A DNA stretch of 64,000 nt from Alphaproteobacteria bacterium (GCA_965249135.1 OZ252220.1:1696001-1760000), one strand, 5' to 3'; shown: positions 30,353 to 41,115, counted from the first letter of the stretch. The notes: a model not told the origin generated them from the letters alone. Program-made: numbers and translations.

Positions 30353-31123
30353 ATGCCGGCAACGACGGGACCGCAAACTTTACCACGCGAAGGCGGTGCG
30401 ACAATCGCCTATCATCGGCTATCGGGGAGAAACCCCGGCGTCGTTTTTCTTGGCGGGTTCGGTTCCGACATGACGGGAACGAAGGCGCTTGCCTTGGAAG
30501 CATTCTGCAAGGCCCATGGCCATGCTTACCTTCGCTTCGATTATCAAGGCCATGGGCAATCCTCCGGCGACTTCGTCGATGGGACGATCGGAAGCTGGAC
30601 GGAGGATGCGCTGGCCGTCCTTGACGCATGCACGGAAGGGCCCCAGGTGCTCGTCGGATCCAGCATGGGCGGCTGGATCATGCTGCTGGTGGCGCTCGCA
30701 CGGAAGGAAAGCGTGTGCGGGCTTCTTGGCGTGGCCTCCGCGCCGGATTTCACGGAGGGTCTGATCTGGGAAAAACTGGACGAGGCGCAAGGTGAAGCCC
30801 TGGCGCGCGACGGTTTTCTTGACGTGGCGAACGCCTATGCGGAAACGCCCACGCGTATCACGCTGAGGCTGATCGAGGAAGGAAGGGATCACCTGCTTCT
30901 TCGCCAGGCGATCCCCCTTCGCTGCCCGGTTCGGCTTTTACACGGCATGGAAGACCAGGATGTACCGTGGGAAACCTCGCTCAGGCTTTTGAACCGTCTT
31001 CAGTCGGAAGACGTCACGGCAACGTTTATCACGCATGGCGACCACCGCCTGTCGGAAGTGGGGGATATCCGGCGTCTCGAGCAAACGCTCGAGGGCTTGC
31101 TGGATTCACGCGTCCCGGGATGA
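30353..31123 (+). CDS. Alpha/beta hydrolase
   Basis: FDYQGHG, GSSMGG nucleophile elbow, HGMEDQDVP, GDHRLS. Confidence 0.93.
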   Translation: MPATTGPQTLPREGGATIAYHRLSGRNPGVVFLGGFGSDMTGTKALALEAFCKAHGHAYLRFDYQGHGQSSGDFVDGTIGSWTEDALAVLDACTEGPQVLVGSSMGGWIMLLVALARKESVCGLLGVASAPDFTEGLIWEKLDEAQGEALARDGFLDVANAYAETPTRITLRLIEEGRDHLLLRQAIPLRCPVRLLHGMEDQDVPWETSLRLLNRLQSEDVTATFITHGDHRLSEVGDIRRLEQTLEGLLDSRVPG

Positions 31124-32011
31124 GGCAAGGATGGCGTTCAATCCGGTCTCGTAGTCCGTATAACGCAGCACGACGCCAAGTTCCTGTTTGATGCGATCGT
31201 TGCGTACGCGTTTGTTGTCTGCATAGAAACTTCGCGCCATTTCCGAAAGGTTTGCGTCTTCGAACGCGACGAAAGGCGGGGCAGGAACCCCAAGAAGGCT
31301 TGCCGCAAAGGTCACGACGTCTTCCGGTGGCGCCGGCTTGTCGTCGCAGACGTTGTAGATACGTGCTGGCTTCGGGGCCGCCATCGAGCAAAGAAGCGTC
31401 TCTGCAAGGTCTTCGACATGGATTCGCGAAAAGACCTGACCAGGCTTTCGAATACGCCTCGCGCGGCCTTCGCGAAGGGCGTTGAGGGCATTTCGTCCCG
31501 GCCCGTAGATACCGGCCAGGCGAAAGATGTGGACGGGCAAACCCTTCGATTCGCCAAGTTCAAGCCAAGCGCGTTCTGCTTCGACGCGAAGCTTACCTCG
31601 TAACCCCGTTGGATTGAGCGCGGAGTCTTCGTCCACCCAATCGCCGCCGCGATCCCCATAGACCCCGGTCGTCGACAGATAGCCAACCCAACGAAGGCTG
31701 GAAATACCGGCAATGTGCTCGGCGTGATGGCGGAGCACCGGATCGCCAAGACCATCCGGCGGCACGGAGGCAAGGAGGTGCGTCGTGCCGGCAAGGCGGT
31801 GCGTCGCGTCGTGAAGCGGGGCCTCTGAATCGAACGGGAAGGCATCGTAACCTGCGGCCTTAAGGCGCTCGCATTTCTCCGGCGTCCGTGCCGTGCCCCG
31901 GATCCGCCAGTCGCCTTCTTCAAGGCGTTTGACGAGCGCGCGTGCACTGTAGCCGAGGCCAAAGCAGAAAAAGCGCCCATGCTTTGGGCCGGGCGTTGCA
32001 TGATCCGTCAT
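31106..32011 (-). CDS. Atypical SDR / NAD-dependent epimerase-like protein
   Basis: FGLGYS, YLSTTGVYGD, RLAGIYGPGR, FSRIHVEDL. Confidence 0.9.
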   Translation of the reverse strand: MTDHATPGPKHGRFFCFGLGYSARALVKRLEEGDWRIRGTARTPEKCERLKAAGYDAFPFDSEAPLHDATHRLAGTTHLLASVPPDGLGDPVLRHHAEHIAGISSLRWVGYLSTTGVYGDRGGDWVDEDSALNPTGLRGKLRVEAERAWLELGESKGLPVHIFRLAGIYGPGRNALNALREGRARRIRKPGQVFSRIHVEDLAETLLCSMAAPKPARIYNVCDDKPAPPEDVVTFAASLLGVPAPPFVAFEDANLSEMARSFYADNKRVRNDRIKQELGVVLRYTDYETGLNAILASSRDA

Positions 32012-32026
32012 CGCGGCACGGCGTGG

Positions 32027-32695
32027 TTAGAAGTCCAGATCGGCATAGGATTTCGGTGGCGCCATGCCGGGGATGTGGTCGGCAAGCAACGGGCGGAACG
32101 AAGGCCGTGATTTCACGCGCGCGTACCAATCCTTTGCCGCCGAATGGTCCTTCCAGGGCACATCCCCCAGATAGTCGATCGTCGAAAGCTGCGCCGAGGC
32201 AGCGATGTCGGCCAGCGAAAAACGCTCACCGGCAAGCCAATCCCTTCGTTCCGTCAAGTAACCGATATAGTCGAGGTGGTAGTGGATGTTCGTGAGACCG
32301 GCCCGAATGGCGTTCGAATCCGGCTCGCCAAGGCCTAAGAGTCGCTTCATGACTTTCTCGCCTTCGAGATTCGTCGTCACCTCGCGGTAGAACTTTGTAT
32401 TGAACCAGGCGGTAAGTCGGCGTACTTCGGCGCGCAAGTGATGGCCTTCACCGAGAAGGGAAGGGTCCGGATAAACTTCGTCCAGGTATTCGCAGATCGC
32501 ATCGCTGTCGGCAAGGGCGGTGCCGTCTTCCTCTACCAACACCGGCACTTGGCCGGCCGGATTCATGGCCAGGAAGGCACGGCGACGTTCCCAGACCCGC
32601 TCGACCTGCATCTCAAACTCCAGCTGCTTTTCTTTCAGCACGATCCGCACCTTTCGCGAGAAAGGCGAAAGCCAGATATGGTAGAGGGTTTGCAT
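32027..32695 (-). CDS. fzlA: Glutathione S-transferase family protein, FzlA-like FtsZ regulator
   Basis: SPFSRKVR, NPAGQVP, ADIA, KSRPSFRPLL, C-terminal YADLDF. Confidence 0.8.
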   Translation of the reverse strand: MQTLYHIWLSPFSRKVRIVLKEKQLEFEMQVERVWERRRAFLAMNPAGQVPVLVEEDGTALADSDAICEYLDEVYPDPSLLGEGHHLRAEVRRLTAWFNTKFYREVTTNLEGEKVMKRLLGLGEPDSNAIRAGLTNIHYHLDYIGYLTERRDWLAGERFSLADIAASAQLSTIDYLGDVPWKDHSAAKDWYARVKSRPSFRPLLADHIPGMAPPKSYADLDF

Positions 32696-32765
32696 GGCTA
32701 AACTTTACCGCAAGCGGCGACGCGATGGATAGTCAAGGAAGGGCGGGCTTTGGGCTGAGCGTTCT

Positions 32766-35700
32766 TTAAGCCCGGGCCTGTTCTTCTTCGAGGACGATCG
32801 GATGTTCGAGCCGGTCCACCATTTCCTTCGGTACGACCTGCCAGAAGTGGAGGAAAACTTGTTCCCAATCGTTCAACAGGCGTTGCGCGAAACGCGACTG
32901 GGTTTGCTGCGCGTGTTCGGAGATCAAACGCTTGAGGACATTCTCCCAGTAGGTAGTCTGGATGCGTTGATAGATCACCATGTCGTCGTTGATGTAATGG
33001 GGAAAGGTTTCTTCTTCATCGAAGACGAAGGCCATGCCGCCCGTCATCCCGGCTGCGAAATTGTCGCCGACGGGGCCGAGAATGACGGCGGTGCCCCCGG
33101 TCATGTATTCACAGCCATTCGAGCCGCATCCCTCGACGACCGTCTCGGCACCGGAGTTGCGAACGGCGAAGCGCTCCCCTGCCTGGCCGGCCGCGAACAG
33201 CTTGCCGGCGGTGGCGCCGTAAAGGACAGTGTTCCCGATGATGGTGTGCTCGTTCGTGACCAGCGGCGAGGCGGTCAGCGGGCGAAGCACGAGCGTGCCG
33301 CCGGAAAGCCCCTTCCCCACATAGTCGTTGGCATCGCCGAACACCTCGATCTTCAGGCCTTTGACGGCAAAGGCGCCAAGGGATTGCCCGGCCGTGCCGC
33401 GCAGGCGCACCGTGATGTGATCCGCCCTAAGCCCTGCCATCCCATAGCGGCGGGTGATCATCGACGACAAGCGGGTGCCGATCGCGCGTTGGGTGTTCCG
33501 GATGTTGTAGGCAAGCTGGACCTTGCCCGATTTTTCGAGCGCCGCATGGGCGTCTTGGACCATGCGGGCATCCAACGTGTCCGGAACCTCGTTTCGGCCT
33601 TCGAGCGAACAGTAGCGCGTGAATTCCCCGGGATCCGGCTGGGCAAGCAAAGGATTCAGGTCGAGATCGTCGAGATTGGCACTGCCGCGGCTGACCTGGG
33701 CTAGAAGGTCCGTCCGTCCGACGACTTCCTGGAGTGAACGCATGCCCAGCGAAGCCAGGATCTCACGCACCTCTTCGGCGATGAAGCTAAACAGGTTCAC
33801 TACCTTTTCCGGTGTGCCTTCGAATTTGTTGCGAAGTGTTGTGTCCTGGGTGCAGATGCCGACCGGGCAGGTATTGCTGTGGCATTGGCGGACCATGATG
33901 CAGCCCATCGCGATCAGCGACGTCGTGCCAACACCGAATTCTTCCGCGCCCATCATCGCTGCGATGACCACGTCCCGGCCGGTACGGATGCCTCCGTCCG
34001 CGCGCAACCGCACACGATGACGAAGCCGGTTGAGCGTCAAGACTTGGTTCACTTCGCTTAGGCCCATTTCCCAAGGAACGCCGGCATATTTGATGCTGCT
34101 CTGCGGGCTGGCGCCGGTGCCGCCGGAATGACCGGAAACGAGGATGACGTCCGCCTTGGCCTTTGCGACGCCGGCCGCAATCGTACCGATGCCGTCCTCG
34201 GCGACCAGCTTCACGCAAACCTTTGCCTGGGGGTTGATCTGCTTGAGGTCGTAAATGAGCTGCGCCAAGTCCTCGATCGAATAAATGTCGTGATGCGGCG
34301 GCGGTGAAATCAGCGTGACGCCTGGAGTGGAGTGACGCAGCAGCGCGATCTCTTCGGTCACCTTAAAGCCGGGCAGTTGGCCGCCTTCGCCTGGTTTCGC
34401 ACCCTGGGCGATCTTGATCTCGATCTCGTCGCAATTGTTCAGGTATTCCGCCGTGACGCCAAAACGGGCCGAGGCGATTTGTTTGATGACGGAGTTCGCA
34501 TTGTCCCCGTTCGACAGAGGCCTGGCACGTGCCGAGTCCTCTCCGCCTTCGCCGCTGCAGGAAGCGCCGCCGATCCGGTTCATGGCGATGGCGAGCGTCT
34601 CATGGGCCTCCCGAGAAAGGGCGCCGTGGGACATGCTGCCGGTTCCGAAGCGCTTACGAATGTCCGTGATCGATTCGACTTCCTCGACGGGGATCGATTG
34701 GCCGGTTGGTTTGAAATCCAGAAGATCGCGGAGCTGGATCGGCGACTGGTGACGAAGGCCTTCGCTGTACTTCTTGTAAGTACTGTAGGAGTCCGTTGCG
34801 ACGGCCGTCTGAAGCACGTGAACCAGATTGCCGTCGACGGCGTGCACTTCGCCACCGCGCCGGACGGTGTAGACACCGCCGATGGGCAGGGCGACCACTT
34901 CTTCCTCGAAGGCGCGGCGATGAAGAGCAAGCACTTTCGCCTGAATGCCGGAGAGCCCGATACCGGAAATGCGTGAAGTCATGCCCGGGAAAAATTCGGC
35001 GACGAGCGCACGTGACAATCCAACCGCTTCGAAATTATAGCCGCCACGATAGGAGACGATCACCGAGATTCCCATCTTCGACATGACCTTAAGAAGGCCC
35101 TCTCCGACCGCTTTCGTGTAGCGCGCAATGCATTCATCGAGCGTGCGGTTCGGGAACAGGGCCCTGCGGTGACGGTCCGCGATCGTTTCAAGCGCGAGGT
35201 AGGCGTTCACGGTCGTCGCGCCGACGCCGATCAGGACGGCAAAGTAATGAACGTCAAGACACTCGCCGGACTGAACGTTAAGCGAAGTAAAGGTGCGAAG
35301 CAGTTGTTGAACGAGATGGGTGTGCACGGCACCCGTCGCAAGAATCATCGGGATCGCGGCCTGTTCGGGCCCGGTGTGCTTATCGGTCAGGATGAGGTGC
35401 GTGGTGCCGCCGCGCACGGCGTCCTCCGCCTCCTGGCGGATGCGAAGGAGGGTATCCTGAAGGGCGCCTTCGCCGCCATCGACGGGAAAGGTGCAGTCGA
35501 TCTCGGTCGCTTGCTCGCCCATATAGGCTCGCATCGCCTCGAATTCGGCGTTGGAGAGCACCGGCGAGGTAAGCTCCAAACGCCGGGTTTGCTCCTCGCT
35601 GGCGTCAAGCAGGTTCCCCAGATTACCGAGCCGCGTCGTCAAGCCCATGACCCGGCGTTCGCGCAGGCTGTCGATCGGCGGGTTCGTGACCTGACTGAAA

Positions 35701-37307
35701 CGCTGCCGGAAATAGTGATGAAGCCCCCGATAATGCTCGGAAAGCACGGCAAGCGGCGTGTCGTCTCCCATCGAACCGGTCGCTTCCTTTGCATCCTCGA
35801 CCATCGGGTGCAGGAGGAGTTCGATCTCCTCCATCGTGAAACCGGAGGCGACCTGGCGCGTGCGAAGTTCCTCTCTTGAGAAGGCGCTTTTCTCCGAACT
35901 CGAGCCCTTGATGAAGCTATCGAGTGCCGTCACGTTCTTGACCCACTTTCCGTAAGGGTGTTCGTCCGCCAGCATGTCGCGAAGTTCAGGGTCGTGGTAG
36001 AAGCGGCCCTCGTCCAAATTGACGCCGATCACCTGACCGGGGCCGACGCGGCCTTTTTCCATGATTTCCGATTCGTCCGCCCACACCATGCCGGCTTCGG
36101 AGCCAACGATCAGAAGGGCGTCCCCGGTAATCGTGTAGCGCAGCGGACGCAATCCGTTTCGGTCCATCCCTGCGATCACCCAACGTCCGTCCGTTGCCGT
36201 GACGGCCGCCGGCCCATCCCATGGTTCGGAAACGCAGTTGCAGTAGTGGAAAAGGTCCCGGTGCTTTTTCGGCATGGTCTTTTTCTTCGACCACGAATCC
36301 GGAATCAGCATGGTTTTGACGAGCGGCGCCGTCCGCCCGGCCCGAACCAGAAGCTCAAACACCGCATCCAAGGCGGCCGAATCCGAGCTCCCTAGCGGTA
36401 TCACCGGCTTCAAATTTTCGATGTGTTCTCCGAAGCGTTCGGATTCCATTCGCGCTTCGTGACTTCGCATCCAGTTGACATTTCCGCGCAGCGTGTTGAT
36501 TTCGCCATTATGGGCGAGCATGCGGAAGGGCTGTGCAAGCGGCCAGGTGGGAAAGGTATTTGTTGAATAGCGCTGATGGTAGATCGCAAAGCGTGAAATG
36601 AATCGTTCATCGAGTAGATCCGGATAGAAGTTCGTTAATTGCTCGGCGAGAAACATGCCTTTGTAAATGATCGAGCGGCAAGAGAATGAGCAAAGATAAA
36701 AGTCGTTGATGTGCTCTTCTTCGAGGACGCGCTTCTCGATTTTTCTGCGAATGATGTAAAGATCAAGTTCGAATTGATCGTCGTCGACGCCACGGGAGTT
36801 GGCGATCATGATCTGCTCGATCTCCGGTCGGGTTGCGTTTGCCTTTTCCCCAATGACAGAGGCATCGATCGGCACCTGTCGCCAGCCATAGATGCGATAG
36901 CCGAAGGCCAGAATTTCGGCCTCCACGATGGAGCGGCAGGTTTCCTGGGCGGTCAGGCTGGTTTTCGGAAGGAAGACCATGCCGACGGCAAGGCGGCCCT
37001 TCTCCGGCCGGTGGCCGGTGCGCGCAATATGCTCCTTGAAGAAATCTTGAGAGATTTCGACATGGATACCGGCACCATCTCCCGTCTTGCCGTCGGCATC
37101 GACCGCGCCGCGGTGCCACACTGCCTTGAGCGCGTTGATTCCGGCCTCGACGACGCTCCGCCGCGGCCGGCCATCGATGGCGGCGACTAGACCGACACCG
37201 CACGATTCGTGTTCGTGTTCGGGGTTATAGAGACCCCAGGTTCGGAGCCGGCCGGCGTTCGCCCGCCACTCGTCGACGAAGGTTGTCCCCTTGTCCATCT
37301 TTCGCAA
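32766..37307 (-). CDS. gltB: Glutamate synthase large subunit
   Basis: Propeptide then CGVG, HQRYSTNT, HNGEINT, EPWDGPA, AQGAKPGEGGQLP, CIMVRQCHSNTCP. Confidence 0.98.
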   Translation of the reverse strand: MRKMDKGTTFVDEWRANAGRLRTWGLYNPEHEHESCGVGLVAAIDGRPRRSVVEAGINALKAVWHRGAVDADGKTGDGAGIHVEISQDFFKEHIARTGHRPEKGRLAVGMVFLPKTSLTAQETCRSIVEAEILAFGYRIYGWRQVPIDASVIGEKANATRPEIEQIMIANSRGVDDDQFELDLYIIRRKIEKRVLEEEHINDFYLCSFSCRSIIYKGMFLAEQLTNFYPDLLDERFISRFAIYHQRYSTNTFPTWPLAQPFRMLAHNGEINTLRGNVNWMRSHEARMESERFGEHIENLKPVIPLGSSDSAALDAVFELLVRAGRTAPLVKTMLIPDSWSKKKTMPKKHRDLFHYCNCVSEPWDGPAAVTATDGRWVIAGMDRNGLRPLRYTITGDALLIVGSEAGMVWADESEIMEKGRVGPGQVIGVNLDEGRFYHDPELRDMLADEHPYGKWVKNVTALDSFIKGSSSEKSAFSREELRTRQVASGFTMEEIELLLHPMVEDAKEATGSMGDDTPLAVLSEHYRGLHHYFRQRFSQVTNPPIDSLRERRVMGLTTRLGNLGNLLDASEEQTRRLELTSPVLSNAEFEAMRAYMGEQATEIDCTFPVDGGEGALQDTLLRIRQEAEDAVRGGTTHLILTDKHTGPEQAAIPMILATGAVHTHLVQQLLRTFTSLNVQSGECLDVHYFAVLIGVGATTVNAYLALETIADRHRRALFPNRTLDECIARYTKAVGEGLLKVMSKMGISVIVSYRGGYNFEAVGLSRALVAEFFPGMTSRISGIGLSGIQAKVLALHRRAFEEEVVALPIGGVYTVRRGGEVHAVDGNLVHVLQTAVATDSYSTYKKYSEGLRHQSPIQLRDLLDFKPTGQSIPVEEVESITDIRKRFGTGSMSHGALSREAHETLAIAMNRIGGASCSGEGGEDSARARPLSNGDNANSVIKQIASARFGVTAEYLNNCDEIEIKIAQGAKPGEGGQLPGFKVTEEIALLRHSTPGVTLISPPPHHDIYSIEDLAQLIYDLKQINPQAKVCVKLVAEDGIGTIAAGVAKAKADVILVSGHSGGTGASPQSSIKYAGVPWEMGLSEVNQVLTLNRLRHRVRLRADGGIRTGRDVVIAAMMGAEEFGVGTTSLIAMGCIMVRQCHSNTCPVGICTQDTTLRNKFEGTPEKVVNLFSFIAEEVREILASLGMRSLQEVVGRTDLLAQVSRGSANLDDLDLNPLLAQPDPGEFTRYCSLEGRNEVPDTLDARMVQDAHAALEKSGKVQLAYNIRNTQRAIGTRLSSMITRRYGMAGLRADHITVRLRGTAGQSLGAFAVKGLKIEVFGDANDYVGKGLSGGTLVLRPLTASPLVTNEHTIIGNTVLYGATAGKLFAAGQAGERFAVRNSGAETVVEGCGSNGCEYMTGGTAVILGPVGDNFAAGMTGGMAFVFDEEETFPHYINDDMVIYQRIQTTYWENVLKRLISEHAQQTQSRFAQRLLNDWEQVFLHFWQVVPKEMVDRLEHPIVLEEEQARA

Positions 37308-37328
37308 CGCCCTTTCCCCTTTTTCCCT

Positions 37329-38798
37329 TTATGACACCATGGCGAGTTTTTTTACCGGGCGCCCATCGCCCTTTGCCTTTGCCCGGAGATAGGCGTCAAT
37401 GTTTTCCGCGGCGTCACGTCCGTCGCGAATTCCCCAAACGACCAGCGAGGCGCCGCGCACGATGTCCCCGGCGGCAAAGACGCCGTCAAGATTCGTCATC
37501 ATCGTGCGGAAATCGATTTTGATCGTGCCCCAGCGACTGACTTCCAATTCCGGAGCACCGAAAAGGGTCGGTATTTCTTCCGGATCGAATCCCAATGCCT
37601 TCACGATAAGGTTCGCCTCCAACGTGAAATGGGATTCAGGAATTGGCTGCGGCGTTTGACGGCCGGTCGCATCCGCATCGCCCAAATGCATGCGTACTGC
37701 GCGCACGCCAGAGACCGTGCCATCGCCCAAGAACGCTTCCGGTGCGGAAAGCCAGATGAATTCAACCTCCTCCTCTTCGGCGTGGCGAACTTCACGTTGG
37801 GAGCCCGGCATGTTCGCGCGATCGCGTCGGTAAAGGCATTTTACGGAAGTTGCGCCCTGACGAACGGCCGTGCGTACGCAGTCCATCGCCGTATCGCCGC
37901 CTCCGACGACAACGACGCGTTTTCCGCCTGCGTTCAACGTGCCGTCATCGAAACTTGGAACCTCATCGCCAAGGCCCTTACGGTTGCTGGCAATCAAATA
38001 GTCGAGGGCCTGGAAGATGTTCCCAAGACCGGCGCCAGGGATCGAGATGTCCCTCGCCTTGTAAACCCCCGTTGCGATAAGGATGGCGTCATGCCGCTCT
38101 TGGAGATCGGCAAGGCTTGCGTCGCGTCCCACTTCGAAGTTCCGGTAAAACTCGACTTTCCCTTCCGTTAGAAGATCCACGCGGCGTTTAACGACCCACT
38201 TCTCGAGCTTGAAATTCGGAATGCCGTAGATGAGCAGGCCGCCGATTCGGTCATGGCGATCGTAAACGTGCGCCTGATAGCCCTTTCGCCGAAGCTGTTC
38301 GGCTGCAGCCAGGCCGGTCGGCCCACTCCCGATGATGCCGATGGATTGCTCGCGCTCGCGCTTTGGCATCGGTGGTTTGACGAGCCCCATCTCGAAGGCG
38401 GTATCCGTAATGTATTTTTCGACCGAGCCGATCGTCACCGAATCGAAGCCCTTCTCGATCACGCAATTGCCTTCGCACAGCCGGTCCTGGGGGCAAATGC
38501 GGCCACAGATCTCGGGCAGGTTGTTCGTGGCCGAGGAGACCTCATAGGCCTCTTCGATCCGGCCTTCGGCGGTGAGTTGCAGCCAATCCGGAATGTTGTT
38601 CGAGACCGGGCAATGGATCTGGCAGAAGGGGATCCCACATTGGGAGCAGCGGCTGGCCTGTTCGGCCGCGCCGTCCGGATCGTATTCCCCAAAGATTTCC
38701 TGGAAGTCCTGGCGTCGGGTATCGACGTCCCGCTTATCGGGGGACCGTTGGCCGAACTCGAGGAATTTCAGCATGCGTTGCGCCATGGTAGGCGTCAT
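37329..38798 (-). CDS. gltD: Glutamate synthase small subunit
   Basis: RCSQCGIPFC..CP, GRICPQDRLCEGNC, GSGPTG, GGGDTAMDC, GDIVRGASLVV. Confidence 0.97.
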   Translation of the reverse strand: MTPTMAQRMLKFLEFGQRSPDKRDVDTRRQDFQEIFGEYDPDGAAEQASRCSQCGIPFCQIHCPVSNNIPDWLQLTAEGRIEEAYEVSSATNNLPEICGRICPQDRLCEGNCVIEKGFDSVTIGSVEKYITDTAFEMGLVKPPMPKREREQSIGIIGSGPTGLAAAEQLRRKGYQAHVYDRHDRIGGLLIYGIPNFKLEKWVVKRRVDLLTEGKVEFYRNFEVGRDASLADLQERHDAILIATGVYKARDISIPGAGLGNIFQALDYLIASNRKGLGDEVPSFDDGTLNAGGKRVVVVGGGDTAMDCVRTAVRQGATSVKCLYRRDRANMPGSQREVRHAEEEEVEFIWLSAPEAFLGDGTVSGVRAVRMHLGDADATGRQTPQPIPESHFTLEANLIVKALGFDPEEIPTLFGAPELEVSRWGTIKIDFRTMMTNLDGVFAAGDIVRGASLVVWGIRDGRDAAENIDAYLRAKAKGDGRPVKKLAMVS

Positions 38799-39100
38799 CC
38801 TTCCCTTCGGTGAGCCCTGTCCCTCTGCCCATCGTTCGATGCTTTGGGTTCGTTCTATGGAAACCGGCGCGAAGGTCGCAAATTATGTCAATATTATTTA
38901 CCTACTGCAAGGGAATTTCCCCGATACTACATAAAATTGTCGCAAATTTAGGGGTGTACAGGAGCATTTAGTATAAAATCGAGACTATTTTTTCTATCCC
39001 ATGGAAATTATAGGAAAATTACAGGAGCGTGAATTTTTGCGTGTCTTGATAAGGGGGATGCCCCATGCTGGCGCCGTCCTTGCCAAGGAGGTAGCTAGCC

Positions 39101-39919
39101 TTGATTCTGTGGCACATTGTCGTGCTCGCCCTTGTCCAGGGGATCACCGAATTCCTCCCCATCAGTTCGCAGGCCCATTTGATCCTGACCTCGAAAGGGC
39201 TGGGTTGGGAGGACCAGGGGCTGCTGATCGACATCGCGCTCCATGTTGGCACCCTGGCCGCCGTCCTTCTCTATTTCTGGCAGGATGTCTGGCGCATGGG
39301 CAAAGGTCTGGGCAATGCCCTAAGCGGGACGATGGACGACGGTGCGCGGCTCGCCCTTCAGGTGATCCTGGCGACCCTGCCCGTCGTGGCGGCCGGCTAT
39401 TTTCTGATCGATCAAGCCGAACACCTCCGCGATCCGTTGGTCATCGGATGGGCGACCCTTGGCTTTGGTGTCCTGCTTTACCTTGCCGATCGCTTGGGGC
39501 TGCGCATTCGTCGGGTCGAGCATATGAGCTTCGCAAGCGCCTTCATCGTCGGCCTCGCCCAGGTTTGTGCGTTGGTGCCAGGTGCAAGCCGCTCTGGCGT
39601 AACGATGTCGGCGGCCCGCATGCTTGGCTTCGAGCGGGAAGAGGCGGCCCGCTTTTCACTGCTGCTTGCCATCCCGGCAATCATCGCCGCTGGGACGCTG
39701 GAAGCCATCCACCTTTACGAGATGGGTGACGTCGAGCTCACTCGGGATGCGATCGTGGCGGCCGGCCTAGCCTTTCTTTCGGCGATGGTCGCCATCGCGT
39801 TGATGATGAAGTGGCTTCGGCGAGCTAGCTTCACGCCCTTCGTGCTTTACCGGGTCGTGCTAGGCGCCGGCCTGTTGGCCTTCGTCTATTGGGGCATCTT
39901 GCCGAGTGGATGGTTTTAG
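39101..39919 (+). CDS. uppP: Undecaprenyl-diphosphate phosphatase
   Basis: QGITEFLPISSQAH, PGASRSG; TTG start after AAGGAGGT. Confidence 0.96.
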   Translation: MILWHIVVLALVQGITEFLPISSQAHLILTSKGLGWEDQGLLIDIALHVGTLAAVLLYFWQDVWRMGKGLGNALSGTMDDGARLALQVILATLPVVAAGYFLIDQAEHLRDPLVIGWATLGFGVLLYLADRLGLRIRRVEHMSFASAFIVGLAQVCALVPGASRSGVTMSAARMLGFEREEAARFSLLLAIPAIIAAGTLEAIHLYEMGDVELTRDAIVAAGLAFLSAMVAIALMMKWLRRASFTPFVLYRVVLGAGLLAFVYWGILPSGWF

Positions 39920-39932
39920 GCGGGATGTGCCC

Positions 39933-40877
39933 CTAGGCCAGGGTGGCTTCACGCTTGCGTCCGCCGGGACGGAACCGGGCGAGATAATCCGGCAACACCG
40001 CATCAAGCGGAGTCGGGACAATCCCTAGATCGGCGAAGGTTTTTGCGCCCGCCCCGACGACGTTGTCACGCTCCAAGAGACGCACTTGATCGCGTGTGAG
40101 CAGTGGCTTCGGCAGGCGTTCGAGGAAAAACGCCTCCAGACGGGCCGCCCAGAAGGGAACCGGGATCAGCAGGCGTCGCCGTTCGATCGCTTCCAACATC
40201 CGTTCCAGAAGCGCACGGAAAGTAAAGACCTGTGGTCCGCCAAGTTCAAAGACCTCGCCCGCGTAGCCATCGAGGACACGCGTGACGGCTTCGGCGACGT
40301 CGGAGACGTAGACTGGCTGCATGCGCGTTTTGCCGCCACCGATCAAAGGCAACGCCGGCACCAGACGAGCGAGGGATGCAAACAGGTTAAAGAAATTATC
40401 TTCCGGTCCGAAGACGATGCTGGGTCGAAGGAGAACGGCTTCCGGGAATTCCTCGCGAACCGCCGCTTCGCCTTCGGCTTTCGTCCGGGCGTAATTTGCG
40501 AGTGAGTCGGGGGCGGCACCGATCGCCGAAACATGGACAAGAGAACGGACATTCGCCTGTTTGACGGCGCGTGCGATTCGGCGGGCTCCTTCCACATGGA
40601 TGGCGCGAAACGTCTGACGGCCCGATTCATAAAGAATGCCAACGAGATTGACGACGGCATCCGCACCCTGCACGGCAAGTGCAACCGAAGCATCGTCCCG
40701 TATGTTTGCCTGGAGGGCGATGATCTGGCCGACATCGCCGAGGGGCTGCAGAAACGCGGCTGCTTCCGGATCGCGAACCGCGACCCGAAGGCGCACGCCA
40801 CTCGCTGCCAGCCGCCGCACCACATGGCGGCCAAGAAACCCGGATCCTCCGAAAACGGTGACGACGCGGTCTGCCAT
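39933..40877 (-). CDS. Complex I NDUFA9-like NAD(P)-binding protein
   Basis: VFGGSGFLG, VNLVGIL, YARTKAEGE, RPSIVFG, QPVYVSDVA. Confidence 0.93.
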   Translation of the reverse strand: MADRVVTVFGGSGFLGRHVVRRLAASGVRLRVAVRDPEAAAFLQPLGDVGQIIALQANIRDDASVALAVQGADAVVNLVGILYESGRQTFRAIHVEGARRIARAVKQANVRSLVHVSAIGAAPDSLANYARTKAEGEAAVREEFPEAVLLRPSIVFGPEDNFFNLFASLARLVPALPLIGGGKTRMQPVYVSDVAEAVTRVLDGYAGEVFELGGPQVFTFRALLERMLEAIERRRLLIPVPFWAARLEAFFLERLPKPLLTRDQVRLLERDNVVGAGAKTFADLGIVPTPLDAVLPDYLARFRPGGRKREATLA

Positions 40878-40992
40878 AAGCCCGTATTGCTACTTGGAAA
40901 AATGCCTTGGCGATCCTTGCCTTGGCATTTCTTTTCGGGTACGTACCTAGTATATATGGACACCCGAGGCAACGGCAGCAAACGCCAATGCT

Positions 40993-41079
40993 GCCCAGGT
41001 GGCGGAATTGGTAGACGCGCTAGCTTCAGGTGCTAGTGGCCGCAAGGCCGTGGAAGTTCGAGTCTTCTCCTGGGCACCA
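40993..41079 (+). tRNA. tRNA-Leu(CAG)
   Basis: GCCCAGGTGGCGGAATTGGTAGACGC..CTT-CAG-GT, long variable arm, GTTCGAGTC..CTGGGCACCA; 87 nt. Confidence 0.97.
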
Positions 41080-41083
41080 CTTT

Positions 41084-41115
41084 CCATAAAGAATTCCGGC
41101 CATAAAGAATTCTGG
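41084..41115 (+). repeat. 16-bp tandem direct repeat just after tRNA-Leu
   Basis: CCATAAAGAATTCCGG / CCATAAAGAATTCTGG. Confidence 0.85.
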
